From Candidatus Latescibacterota bacterium (GTDB lineage Bacteria > Latescibacterota > UBA2968 > UBA8231): 64,000 nt of DNA. The DNA lies in contig OZ242005.1 in assembly GCA_965204725.1 (NCBI GenBank), forward strand, positions 2,240,001 to 2,304,000, written 5' to 3'. How positions within the stretch are numbered: position 1 is the first letter of the stretch; each line of letters starts with the position of its first letter. The notes under the pieces are model-generated. The model was given only the letters and a program-made list of their open reading frames with translations. It did no database searches and had not been told where the DNA came from. The position numbers and the translations under genes are program-made. Below, in pieces: positions 17,333 to 26,612 of the stretch.

Positions 17333-18523
17333 TCACCTGCGTCGCGTCTGTACCCAGTCGAGGATGCGGTCGGCGACCGCTGATTTGCTCAGCAGGGGGA
17401 GTGCTTCCTCGCGGCCGGCCGCGTCGATTAGGGTGACGCGGTTGGTGTCGCCCGCGAAACCAGCTCCTGTGTCGTTGAGCATGTTGAGCGCGACTAAGTC
17501 GCCTCCCTTGCGGGCCAGCTTCTCCCGCGCCCGCGCCAGCCCCTGTTCCGTCTCCATCGCAAAGACGACCAGCAGCCGCTGGCCCTTGCGCCGACCCAAC
17601 CCGGCGGCAATGTCCGGGTTTTCGACCAACTCAATGGAGCGGGACGCTGCGCCGCGCTTGATTTTTTGCGCGGCCACCTCCTTGGCGCGGTAGTCGGCTG
17701 GGGCCGCGGCCAAAATCGCTCCATCGACCTGCTCAAATAAGGCTTCGACCACGCGCTGCATGTCGAGCGTCGAGCGCACCAACTGCCGCTCCACGCCAGC
17801 CGGCACCGGCAGGGCGGTCGGCCCGGACACCAGCCATACGCCGGCCCCGCGGGCCGCGGCTCGCTCGGCTATTGCATAGCCCATCTTGCCGGACGAGCGA
17901 TTGGAAATAAAGCGCACTGGATCGAGGTCCTCGACCGTGGGGCCGGCCGTTACCAGCAGCTTCAGCCCATCCAAGTCGCCGCTAAAATGCGCGGCCACCG
18001 CCGCGACCAACTCCGCTGGCTCGGGCAGCCGCCCGCGACCCACAGCACCCGATGCCAAAGGCCCGACCCCCGGATCAATTAGGTGGAACCCCCGCTGCGC
18101 CAAGGTTTGCACATTGGCCTCGACCGCAGCATTGGCGAACATGGTTTCTTCCATCGACGGAGCCAGCAAAACGGGCCTATCCGCGCACAACAACACCGAG
18201 GACAGCAAGTCGTCGGCCAAGCCGCCGGCGACGCGCCCCAAGCAGTGCGCCGTGGCCGGTACGACCAAAATCAAGTCGGCCCACTCGGCCAACCCCACGT
18301 GCAGAACGGGAAATTCCGCAGCGCGGCCGAACAAGTCGCGGTACACCGGATGACGCGAAAGCACCTCCAGCGTCTTGGGAGCGACAAACTCGCCAGCCGC
18401 ACGGGTCAGCACGACCCGCACCTCGGCCCCAGCAGCGGTCAGCAGCCGCACGATCTCCGGCGTCTTGTACGCGGCAATGCCGCCGGTGATCCCGAGCAGG
18501 ATGTTGCGGCCCTGCAAGCTCAT
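17333..18523 (-). CDS. coaBC: Phosphopantothenoylcysteine decarboxylase/ligase
   Basis: GGIAAYK, TAGPT, DPVRFISNRSSGKMG. Confidence 0.95.
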   Translation of the reverse strand: MSLQGRNILLGITGGIAAYKTPEIVRLLTAAGAEVRVVLTRAAGEFVAPKTLEVLSRHPVYRDLFGRAAEFPVLHVGLAEWADLILVVPATAHCLGRVAGGLADDLLSSVLLCADRPVLLAPSMEETMFANAAVEANVQTLAQRGFHLIDPGVGPLASGAVGRGRLPEPAELVAAVAAHFSGDLDGLKLLVTAGPTVEDLDPVRFISNRSSGKMGYAIAERAAARGAGVWLVSGPTALPVPAGVERQLVRSTLDMQRVVEALFEQVDGAILAAAPADYRAKEVAAQKIKRGAASRSIELVENPDIAAGLGRRKGQRLLVVFAMETEQGLARAREKLARKGGDLVALNMLNDTGAGFAGDTNRVTLIDAAGREEALPLLSKSAVADRILDWVQTRRR

Positions 18524-19053
18524 GGCCGATCGAGACACGCCAAGATGCGCGCACAGGCGGCTTGGGGATCGCAGCACTCGGTATCGACGACCAAGTCGTA
18601 CACCGACAAGTCGCTTAGGGCGATTTGGTGATGCGCTGCAAAGCGCTGGGCCTCAGACGCCTCGCGCTGGCGCGTTTCCGCGAGGGCTTGCGCCAGCGGC
18701 TTGCCCTCGCGCTGCCCCACGCGCTCGGCCCGCACGGCGAGTGCCGCTTGCAGCCAGACCTTGAGGGCCGGAAGTTGGTGCCGCTGGGCCATCCAGCCGG
18801 TGACTCTCCCTTCAACGACGACCGGGGCGCGCTCCCGCGCTTGCGCGACTAAGCGCAGGTCGAGCTGGCGGTCAATGCAGCCATCGGCTTCGGCCCGCCG
18901 GCCCAGCTCGGCCAAGCTCAAGCCCGCCTCTTGCGCCAGCCCCCGAAAGATGGCCCCGGCGTTGACATAAGCCCAGCCCAGCCGCGCACACAGCCGGTCG
19001 CACACCGTAGTGGTGCCGCTGCCAGCCAAGCCGCTGATGGTAATGACTTGCAT
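18520..19053 (-). CDS. Archaeal-type (d)CMP kinase
   Basis: ITISGLAGSGTTT, AGAIFR, IDRQLD, VVEGR, YDLVVDT; about 177 aa. Confidence 0.8.
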   Translation of the reverse strand: MQVITISGLAGSGTTTVCDRLCARLGWAYVNAGAIFRGLAQEAGLSLAELGRRAEADGCIDRQLDLRLVAQARERAPVVVEGRVTGWMAQRHQLPALKVWLQAALAVRAERVGQREGKPLAQALAETRQREASEAQRFAAHHQIALSDLSVYDLVVDTECCDPQAACARILACLDRP

Positions 19054-19058
19054 GGGTC

Positions 19059-20027
19059 TCACGCCAAGTTTTGCACCTGCTCGCGCAGCCGCTCGATTTC
19101 CTCTTTGATCTCGACCACGCAATGGGCGATCTCAGCGTCTGCGGCCTTGGCGCTCATGGTGTTGGCTTCGCGGTTCATTTCCTGCAAGAGAAAGTTCAGG
19201 CGCTTCCCCACCTCGCCTCCCTGCGCCAAGGCCGCGAGGAACTGGGCGTTGTGGCTGCGGCCGCGCACGATCTCTTCGACGATGTCGCTGCGCTCGGCGA
19301 TCAGGGCGATCTCCGTGGCGAGGCGATCTTCGGCCACCGCCCCGGGCGCGAGCAAAGCGGCGACCTTTTCGCGCAGCCGCTCGGCGACTTGTCCCCGGGT
19401 CGCCTGCGCACGCGCGGCCACGCGCTCCAGATGCCCCTCGATAGCCTCGACGCGGTCTTGCAGATCGGCGGCGAGGGCCTGGCCTTCGGCCGAGCGCATG
19501 GCTACCAACTCGGCCAGCGCTTGGTCCAACCCCGCCCACAGTACCTCTTGTACGACCGCGCTATCTAGTGGTATGGCTTGGACGCGAAAGAGCTTGGGCA
19601 GCTTCGCCAGCAGCACCCGCTCGACCCCGACGTCGAGCCGTTCTAGCCCCTTGAAACGCGCAAAAAACGCCTTCTGCCGCGGCAGCGTTGCCCGGCTCTC
19701 CGCGGCTTCGATGTGGGTCAATTCAGCGAGCCGCCGCAGTTGGGCCAGATAGTGCTTGGCGGCCTCCTCGTCTAGCTGGGGCAGAGCCTCCAACGGGCTT
19801 TCCTCGGCCCAAGCGATGTGCGCGCTAATTTTGCCGCGGCCGACCCGCGCCTGAATCCGCTCGCGGATGGCCGCCTCAAAGGACTGGAGGTCGGCTGGGC
19901 AGCGCACCTGTATATCGAGGTAGCGGCTGTTGACCGACCGCAACTCGACGGCAAGCCGCCAACTCTGCCGTTCGACCGCGGCGCGGCCAAATCCGGTCAT
20001 ACTGTGGATGGAAACGGGCTCGGTCAT
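19059..20027 (-). CDS. yicC: YicC/YloC-family endoribonuclease
   Basis: SMTGFG, RSVNSRYLD, QEMNREANT, EQVQN. Confidence 0.92.
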   Translation of the reverse strand: MTEPVSIHSMTGFGRAAVERQSWRLAVELRSVNSRYLDIQVRCPADLQSFEAAIRERIQARVGRGKISAHIAWAEESPLEALPQLDEEAAKHYLAQLRRLAELTHIEAAESRATLPRQKAFFARFKGLERLDVGVERVLLAKLPKLFRVQAIPLDSAVVQEVLWAGLDQALAELVAMRSAEGQALAADLQDRVEAIEGHLERVAARAQATRGQVAERLREKVAALLAPGAVAEDRLATEIALIAERSDIVEEIVRGRSHNAQFLAALAQGGEVGKRLNFLLQEMNREANTMSAKAADAEIAHCVVEIKEEIERLREQVQNLA

Positions 20028-20102
20028 AATAGGTTCTCGTAAAGTTGACTGTGGTTGGTGAGTGAAGGAAGGTCGCTACGGAGCAAAACCCATGCAAGCG
20101 CG

Positions 20103-21344
20103 CTAGCGGCCTGGATCCACGGCAATGCGGACGATGGACGAAAAGCCATCAAGCCGCGCAAGCGCTTGGCCCTCAGGCGCGAATTTCAACAGCGCGGTGC
20201 CGGTCGCAATCCAAGCCCGCTGCTGCACCGCGTCGAACGACAGGGCACTACCCCCGGGCACGTCGGTCCAGTGCTGCTCCAAGGCCCCGTCGGCCGCGAA
20301 CAGCGCCAAGTCCCGTTCCCCTAGCACCCAGCAACTGCCGCGCACACCGTCCACGGCCAGCCCTACGGCTGCGGCAAAAGGCAACTCCACATCGAGCATG
20401 GTGCCCGTGCGGCCCAGTCGCGTCAAGCTGCGGCCCTCGCTGCCCAGCACCCACACCGGCCCCTCCGCACCGGCCGCCAACGCCTTGGGGGCCGCCAAGG
20501 CGCGGAATTCAGCAGCGCGCGTGCCGTCGGTCTGGTAAAACAGCACGCGACCTTGGGCTTGGTCGGCGATCCAGCAACCCCCGGCCTGCGCGACCAACGC
20601 CACGGGCTGGACAAAGGTCGCATCAACCGGGACTAGGGCGAGCGAATCGGCCGCGGTCAAGGAAAACCAAAAGACCCGCTGCCGCCCCGCGTCGATCAGC
20701 CAGCCAATCCGCGTCCCGGCGTCAATGGCCAAGTCCCCGGGCGTCTCCACAGCCGCAGCCAGCGCGACCAACGCGCCATCGCTCGGAATCCGGTACAGCC
20801 CGGCAAACCCCCGGTCGCTGACCCAACACGAGCCATCGGCCCCGTCGAGCGCAATCGTCGCCAAGTCGAAAAAGTGCCCTTGGGCAAAATGCGCTTGGCG
20901 CGCATCCGCGCTGACTTTCCACACCAGCCCAGAGTGGCGGTCGGCCACCCAAGCGACTTCCGGGCCGGGCGTCGCGAGCACGGGCCGGCCGCTGGGGCGC
21001 TCCCCTTCTCCGGCCACGAGCAAGTTGAGCTGGTACTCGTAGTTCGTCCCGTTTTGCACCTCGGCATCCGTGTATTCGGTCGCGTTCGGGGCCAGCACCG
21101 GCGTTACCGGCGTCCACTCGTCCTCGGGCTGACGGCGGTAGAGTCGGTAGCCTTCGACATCAAAAAAATGGGAAAAATGCCACTGCAACTCGACTTGGCC
21201 ATCGAGTGCCAAGGCCCGCAAATCTCGCTGTGGCTCGCTGTGCGGGTCTTTGGCTTGCGGATCGAGGGGATTGCGCCGCGGGCGGTCGCTGCAAGCCAAA
21301 ATCAGGACGCCGATGCAGCACCCTATCCAGAAGTTGCGGCTCAC
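20103..21344 (-). CDS. Putative lipoprotein with FN3-like and beta-propeller regions
   Basis: ILAC lipobox, RRNPLDP, W..GYRLYR..Y.Y pattern, repeated W-x-x-D strands. Confidence 0.65.
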   Translation of the reverse strand: MSRNFWIGCCIGVLILACSDRPRRNPLDPQAKDPHSEPQRDLRALALDGQVELQWHFSHFFDVEGYRLYRRQPEDEWTPVTPVLAPNATEYTDAEVQNGTNYEYQLNLLVAGEGERPSGRPVLATPGPEVAWVADRHSGLVWKVSADARQAHFAQGHFFDLATIALDGADGSCWVSDRGFAGLYRIPSDGALVALAAAVETPGDLAIDAGTRIGWLIDAGRQRVFWFSLTAADSLALVPVDATFVQPVALVAQAGGCWIADQAQGRVLFYQTDGTRAAEFRALAAPKALAAGAEGPVWVLGSEGRSLTRLGRTGTMLDVELPFAAAVGLAVDGVRGSCWVLGERDLALFAADGALEQHWTDVPGGSALSFDAVQQRAWIATGTALLKFAPEGQALARLDGFSSIVRIAVDPGR

Positions 21345-21784
21345 GATCTAGACCTAAAAAAGAGCAGGTACGAACTGAGCACTATGCCTACTTCCATGCC
21401 GACAAACGCCGCGCCGGCCATGCGGTCAAAGCGCTTGGCCGCGGCCAATTCTCGCTCTTGATGCTTAGGGCTGGCCGAGCGCAAATAGCGGTCGTACGCA
21501 GCGTCGGCCCGTTCCTTGCTCCAATAGGCCACCGCGCCGGTCCCCACAGCCAAGGCCGCGCTCAAATACAGCTTCCGGCGCGAGCGTTTCTCCTCGCTCG
21601 GAGCCGCAGCAGTAGCTGGCATCGCCTGCGGCCTACGCAACGGCTGCTCGGCCCATTGCGCCGTCAAAGCTGCTTCCAACGGCACCAGCCGCAACGGTAG
21701 CTCCAACGATTCGGGCCGCGCCGGCGTACCACTCGTGGCTAGCGCCAGCAGCAGGCCGTAGGCAATCGTCTTGATCTTGTCCAC
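21341..21784 (-). CDS. Hypothetical exported/membrane protein
   Basis: Signal-like N-terminus, two hydrophobic segments, overlaps the next gene. Confidence 0.6.
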   Translation of the reverse strand: MDKIKTIAYGLLLALATSGTPARPESLELPLRLVPLEAALTAQWAEQPLRRPQAMPATAAAPSEEKRSRRKLYLSAALAVGTGAVAYWSKERADAAYDRYLRSASPKHQERELAAAKRFDRMAGAAFVGMEVGIVLSSYLLFFRSRS

Positions 21785-21859
21785 AAAATTCCTTTCAGAC
21801 GGACGCAGTGTTGCTGGCTCAACGCGTTATCTCGGGAATGGGTCGATTTGATGCCTAGG

Positions 21860-22243
21860 CTAGCGGTGGGCTTCGCTGGACAGCTCAACGGGACTTTTGC
21901 TTATCCACTCGGGGGCATGGAGCAGGACGGGTGCCCGGTCTTCGCCAGACCAAATTGGTTCGTCAAGCCCCCAGTAAAAGAAATGCACGCGCTTGCCATC
22001 GGGCAGTACCTTCTCGTTGATCTGGCCGCTCTTTGTGTAGAGCACGACGAGATCGCCTGATCTGACTTCCTTGTACGGAAACCAGTACGTATGATGCGTA
22101 GCTATCGTTACGCTATCGCCTTGGAAGTCCGACTGAATCAAGATGTAATCCCCGACATCCGTACCGGCTCGCACTCTCAAGACCAAGCGCTCTTTGTCCG
22201 CATGGCCCCGGTCTGCAATGTATTGAATGGCAAGTCTCATCAT
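21860..22243 (-). CDS. Hypothetical beta-rich protein (lamin-tail-domain-like)
   Basis: ERLVL, YWFP, GDLVVLYTKSG, FYWGL..IW; ATGA coupling with the upstream gene. Confidence 0.6.
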   Translation of the reverse strand: MMRLAIQYIADRGHADKERLVLRVRAGTDVGDYILIQSDFQGDSVTIATHHTYWFPYKEVRSGDLVVLYTKSGQINEKVLPDGKRVHFFYWGLDEPIWSGEDRAPVLLHAPEWISKSPVELSSEAHR

Positions 22244-22671
22244 GACTCCTTTACTTTTTTTGCATAGATACCGCCACCGAGAAGGACTGCCCCCAATGCC
22301 CCTACAATCAACCCCAATGGTTCCGGCCAAGGTGCTTTTATCTGTCCTATCGCTAGGCCACCGCATGTCAGACATGTCCCAGATAGGATCTCAAGGGCCA
22401 ACTTTGTCTTACCTTTTTCTTCTAATACCGCCACCTTTTTGTCTGCTTCGTGAAAACGCTCCATATAGACCCTGTATTCTTCTTTTTCTGTTTCAAGACG
22501 ATCTAAATTGCCCACCAAGAGTTTCTGAACGGCTGGATTCGCCAAGTCTTCCTCTGTGAGTTCTCGTGGGATCTTCCGAAACGCCTGTAGAGCTTTCGAT
22601 CTGCTGACTCTAGATTCATTCCCAGTATCCTCATCTTCTTGGTCGAGGTTGTTAATATCCTGCTCTACCAT
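22240..22671 (-). CDS. Hypothetical coiled-coil protein with two C-terminal hydrophobic segments
   Basis: GGAGG RBS; lower GC than flanks. Confidence 0.65.
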   Translation of the reverse strand: MVEQDINNLDQEDEDTGNESRVSRSKALQAFRKIPRELTEEDLANPAVQKLLVGNLDRLETEKEEYRVYMERFHEADKKVAVLEEKGKTKLALEILSGTCLTCGGLAIGQIKAPWPEPLGLIVGALGAVLLGGGIYAKKVKES

Positions 22672-22749
22672 GATGCCTCCGTTTCAGTGCGGGTGTGAGC
22701 CCTTTCAAAAGTATGCTGTCTCGACCCAAAGGGCGCAATAAGCCGCCGC

Positions 22750-23805
22750 TCAGCGGCCAAACACATACAACGTCCGCTTCTCGGTAGCCACCACGACCTC
22801 GTCTCCCAACGCCACCGGCGCTAAAACCGGCCCGTCCAAGCGGTATTTCCACAACAGGTGGCCGTCTTGGAGATCCACGGCGTAGAGGTAGCCGTCGCTG
22901 GAAGCACTGTATGCGGTGTGATCCGTGGCGGCCGGACTGCTTCGCACCACGCCTCCGGTGGCAAACGTCCACCGCACGGCTCCGGTGGCCGCGTCTAGCC
23001 CGTATAAGTAGCGGTCGGCGCAACCGACCACCAACACGCCAGCGGCCAGCGCTAACTCCGCAGTCGGCAGCGCACCCAAGGCTCGCTCCCACACCACCCG
23101 GCCAGAGTCGCGGCGCGCGGCTAATACCCGACCAGAGGCCGTCGCCGTCACCACGCGGTCGCCGGCCGGTACGGGCCGCGAGCGCACGGCTTCCCCCAAG
23201 CTAGTGCGCCAGCGCTCGTTACCCGTAGCCGCGCTCAGGGCAACCAAATCCCCGGCCGCGGTCCCGGCAACCGCGAGCTCGCCGCTCAGCAACAGCCCGG
23301 TCCGCGATAGCCCGCCCAATTCGGCGCGCCACAGCATAAGCCCGTCGGCCATGCGCAACGCCTGAACCGCGCCTTCGTCATCCACCGCAATCAGGGTATC
23401 GCCGCGCACGACCGGCACCTGACAAAACGCCCCCTCATGCCGCCAACGCTCAACGACGGTCCGCCGGTCCAAGACCCGCAAACTAGGCTTGCGGCCCAGC
23501 ACCCCCAGCGCGTATAGCTCCCCAGCCAACTGCCCGGGGGCACACGCCATCTTGTCGTAGCCGTGCTTGCCCAACAAGGTGCCGTTGCCCCGCGCCAGCG
23601 CGTAGAGGGTGGGCGAGGTAGTCAGTTGGAGGATCAGGTCGCCGGCAAAGAGCGCCCTCCCCAGCGGCGAGCCATCCATTTTGTGCGTCCACAAAAGTTG
23701 CAGCGGCGGCTCAACCCCCATCGCGCCGTGCCTCGGCTCGCCGAGGTAGAGCACCTTTTCGCCACAGGCCGTCAAGAGGCAGAAGCCGAGCAGGGCGTAG
23801 CGCAT
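22750..23805 (-). CDS. PQQ-like beta-propeller lipoprotein (BamB-like)
   Basis: LTAC lipobox; repeated ALxAxTGxxxW motifs. Confidence 0.8.
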   Translation of the reverse strand: MRYALLGFCLLTACGEKVLYLGEPRHGAMGVEPPLQLLWTHKMDGSPLGRALFAGDLILQLTTSPTLYALARGNGTLLGKHGYDKMACAPGQLAGELYALGVLGRKPSLRVLDRRTVVERWRHEGAFCQVPVVRGDTLIAVDDEGAVQALRMADGLMLWRAELGGLSRTGLLLSGELAVAGTAAGDLVALSAATGNERWRTSLGEAVRSRPVPAGDRVVTATASGRVLAARRDSGRVVWERALGALPTAELALAAGVLVVGCADRYLYGLDAATGAVRWTFATGGVVRSSPAATDHTAYSASSDGYLYAVDLQDGHLLWKYRLDGPVLAPVALGDEVVVATEKRTLYVFGR

Positions 23806-23812
23806 CGAATAC

Positions 23813-26587
23813 CTAATAGTCCCAGCCAAAGAAGAAGTCCCAGCGCGTGTCGTCGTCTATGGACTTGAAGTCCGTGCGCCGCGCCGCATCCAAGCGAAAG
23901 ACAAAAACCCCGCCCAAGGCCAAGCGCACCCCCGCGCCAAACGCCGCACGCCATTGCTCAAAGTCGTCGTTCCACGCATTGCCCACATCGAAAAAGAGCG
24001 CGCCCCGAAAGGCACTGAACTCCATGGCTCCGAATGGAAAGTGGAGCAGAAACCGATCGACCAAGGGAAAGCGCAACTCTTGGTTGTACAACACCATCTT
24101 GCTGCCCCACAGCGAGCGCCAGCTATAGCCCCGCAACGTCCAACTACCCCCCAAGGAGAAAAACTCAGGCACTGCGCCGGTGGACCGCCGGCCCATCAGG
24201 CGCACGGCCAACGCGCTGCGCTGGGAGAAGCGGAAGTAGTGCCGGTAGTCGCCAAAGAGCGTGATATTGAACCGCCGCGAGGTCTTAAAGTCAACGGTCT
24301 GCGCCAGCCCAACGCTGTAGCGCCGGCCCTCCAGCGGCCCGGTCGGAATCCACAGGCTGCTGTCGTGGGTATAGCTGACGTAGTTGTTGGCCAGCCAGCC
24401 CGATAGCTTCCGCCCCTCGAATTGCCGGTCGATCTCAGCGCGGCGCAGCGAGAGCCGGGTATCGATGCGGTCGTGTTGGGAAAAGGGATAGCTCAACCCA
24501 ATGTGGGCCCCCACGCGCTTTTCGCGCACGAACCGGCCAAAGCGGCTCGAAAAGCGGTCGTTGAGCCGGAACAGGCCCCAATACACGTTGAGCCGCTGAC
24601 CGAGGTGCAGGCGCGACAAGGCCACGTTTAGGCCATCGAAGAAGCCCGAGCGGCTGGCGGCAATGTGCGAAAGCACGAAGTGGTACTGGTCGTTGCCGAG
24701 CACATCGGTCAGGGCCACTTGGATGCCGCCTGAGGTGCCAAATTCCGGGTCCTGCGAGATCTGACCTTGGGCTATGTCAAAGCTCATCTTGCGCTCGTAA
24801 GGCTGACTGGCGACCTCGCTCTGGGCATGTAGGCTCGCCAGCGACCACGGCTCGGCCGGTGCTTCCTCCACGCGCTGATAGCTGACCTGCGCGCTGTCGG
24901 CCCAATCCACGGCGAGCTCGTAGATCTGGAAGCCTCCTCTCTCATAGCCAGAAAAGAGCAGGTGCTGGCCGTCGGCCAACAGCACCGGATCAAACGCCCC
25001 GGTCAACACTTGGGTCAACTGCCGAGTCGCAGCGCGATCGCCGGCTAGCTGCAAGGCATAGATGTTGTACGCGCCAGCGCGGTCGGAGCTAAAGACGATG
25101 CGCTCGCCATCGGGAGACCAGCGCGGCTGCCCGTCGTTGTGCTCGCCGTGGCTGAGGGCCGCGATCTGGTCGGTCGCCAAATCGTACAGGAACAGGTTGT
25201 AGCGGCCGCGCCGCCCACCGGACCAGCGGTCGGAGCTAAAGACGATATGCCGACCGTCGGGCGACCAGTCGGGCTCGCGGTCGTGATACAGGTCGCGGCG
25301 CAAGGCGCGGAGGCTGTCGCCCGCTACATCGACCAGATACAGGTCGGTCCAGCCCCCTTCGTCGCTGCCAGCAAAGACCAGCCGCTGCCCGTCGGGTGCA
25401 AACGACGGCGACTCAATAGCGACGATCGCGGCAAACGACAAATCCCTCACCGCGCGCTTTTGTTCCACATCCCATATATACAGGTGATCGCGGCCCCGGC
25501 TCTTGGCGGCAAACGCCAGCCACTTGCCGTCGGGCGAGGCAGCCAGCCGCGTCGAGAGCGGGTGCAGGGACTCAAAGACCGGCAGACGCTCGCCTTCGAC
25601 CACGACCTCGGGCGCGCGGCCGTTGCGGTGGGCGCGGACGATCTGCGTATAGCCTTGATCGTTGCGGAAGTGATAGAATGCGCTGCTGTCTCCAGGGGCG
25701 ATTTCGGGCTTGATGTTAAAGCCGCGCTGCGTGCGGGCGGTGGCCAATTCGGATGGCGGATCGCGGTCGGCAATCGCCGGCAGGTGGCGCTTGTGCAGGT
25801 GGTATTGCCAAGCCTGATCGAACTTCTCCAAGCTCTCGCCGGTCGTGACCGCAAAAATTTCGCCAAAGGTCTCGCCGCGCCACCAGTTGGCAAAGAGCTG
25901 CTCAAACACGTCGGGGCCGTGCCGCGCCGCCATGAAGTGGCAAATCGACTCGCCTTCCTTGTACATCTGATAGGTGCCGTAGATGCGGTACATCTCGGCG
26001 ATGGACACCAGCCGCCGCGCAAAGAGCGCGTCGCGCACCACCATGTCGCCGAAGCTGGTGCGCTCGCTCGACCAGTACTCGGCCAGCCCTTCGGAAAACC
26101 ACAGCGGCGCCGGGCGGAAGTCCAACACCCCGTGCCGCGCCAGCACCCGGGCGATGCGGTCAAACGCGAAGACGTGGACCAACTCGTGGTGCAGCACCCG
26201 CTCGAATTCGGGCAGGGAGCCGCTCAGCGGCAGCGCGACCCGCCCCTTGAGGTATTCGGTGAAACCCGCGACCCCCTCGGGCAGGATATTGGGGATGATA
26301 TTGGTTTGTTCAAAGTAGATGTGCGAGGAGTAGATCACCAGCGGCACCCGCCGCTGCACGGTGTGGGCGAACTTCTTTTCCAAGTCGGCGAACTGGCGCT
26401 CGGCCATTTGCGCGGCATACGCGGCCAGTTCGGCCTCTTCGGCAAAGAAGTACACGTCAAAGTGCGCGGTCTCCATTTTCCGCCACGCAAATTCCGCGTA
26501 CTGCACCTTGTTTTGGCCAAAGCCTTGGCCGGCGGCCGCCGAGGCCACGAGCAGCCAACCGAACGCGACATATACCCAGCCGCGCAT
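23813..26587 (-). CDS. Omp85/BamA-TamA-family protein with zincin-like and PD40 domains
   Basis: FGQNKVQY, HELVH...WFSEGLAE, WSPDG repeats, LRGY, FFDVG, terminal aromatic residues. Confidence 0.8.
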   Translation of the reverse strand: MRGWVYVAFGWLLVASAAAGQGFGQNKVQYAEFAWRKMETAHFDVYFFAEEAELAAYAAQMAERQFADLEKKFAHTVQRRVPLVIYSSHIYFEQTNIIPNILPEGVAGFTEYLKGRVALPLSGSLPEFERVLHHELVHVFAFDRIARVLARHGVLDFRPAPLWFSEGLAEYWSSERTSFGDMVVRDALFARRLVSIAEMYRIYGTYQMYKEGESICHFMAARHGPDVFEQLFANWWRGETFGEIFAVTTGESLEKFDQAWQYHLHKRHLPAIADRDPPSELATARTQRGFNIKPEIAPGDSSAFYHFRNDQGYTQIVRAHRNGRAPEVVVEGERLPVFESLHPLSTRLAASPDGKWLAFAAKSRGRDHLYIWDVEQKRAVRDLSFAAIVAIESPSFAPDGQRLVFAGSDEGGWTDLYLVDVAGDSLRALRRDLYHDREPDWSPDGRHIVFSSDRWSGGRRGRYNLFLYDLATDQIAALSHGEHNDGQPRWSPDGERIVFSSDRAGAYNIYALQLAGDRAATRQLTQVLTGAFDPVLLADGQHLLFSGYERGGFQIYELAVDWADSAQVSYQRVEEAPAEPWSLASLHAQSEVASQPYERKMSFDIAQGQISQDPEFGTSGGIQVALTDVLGNDQYHFVLSHIAASRSGFFDGLNVALSRLHLGQRLNVYWGLFRLNDRFSSRFGRFVREKRVGAHIGLSYPFSQHDRIDTRLSLRRAEIDRQFEGRKLSGWLANNYVSYTHDSSLWIPTGPLEGRRYSVGLAQTVDFKTSRRFNITLFGDYRHYFRFSQRSALAVRLMGRRSTGAVPEFFSLGGSWTLRGYSWRSLWGSKMVLYNQELRFPLVDRFLLHFPFGAMEFSAFRGALFFDVGNAWNDDFEQWRAAFGAGVRLALGGVFVFRLDAARRTDFKSIDDDTRWDFFFGWDY

Positions 26588-26612
26588 GACAACCCGCTCT
26601 ACCACGCGCCGC

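Noticed and set aside
21790-22745. Integron cassette origin for the two-gene insert
   Set aside because: No convincing attC site or integrase is visible.
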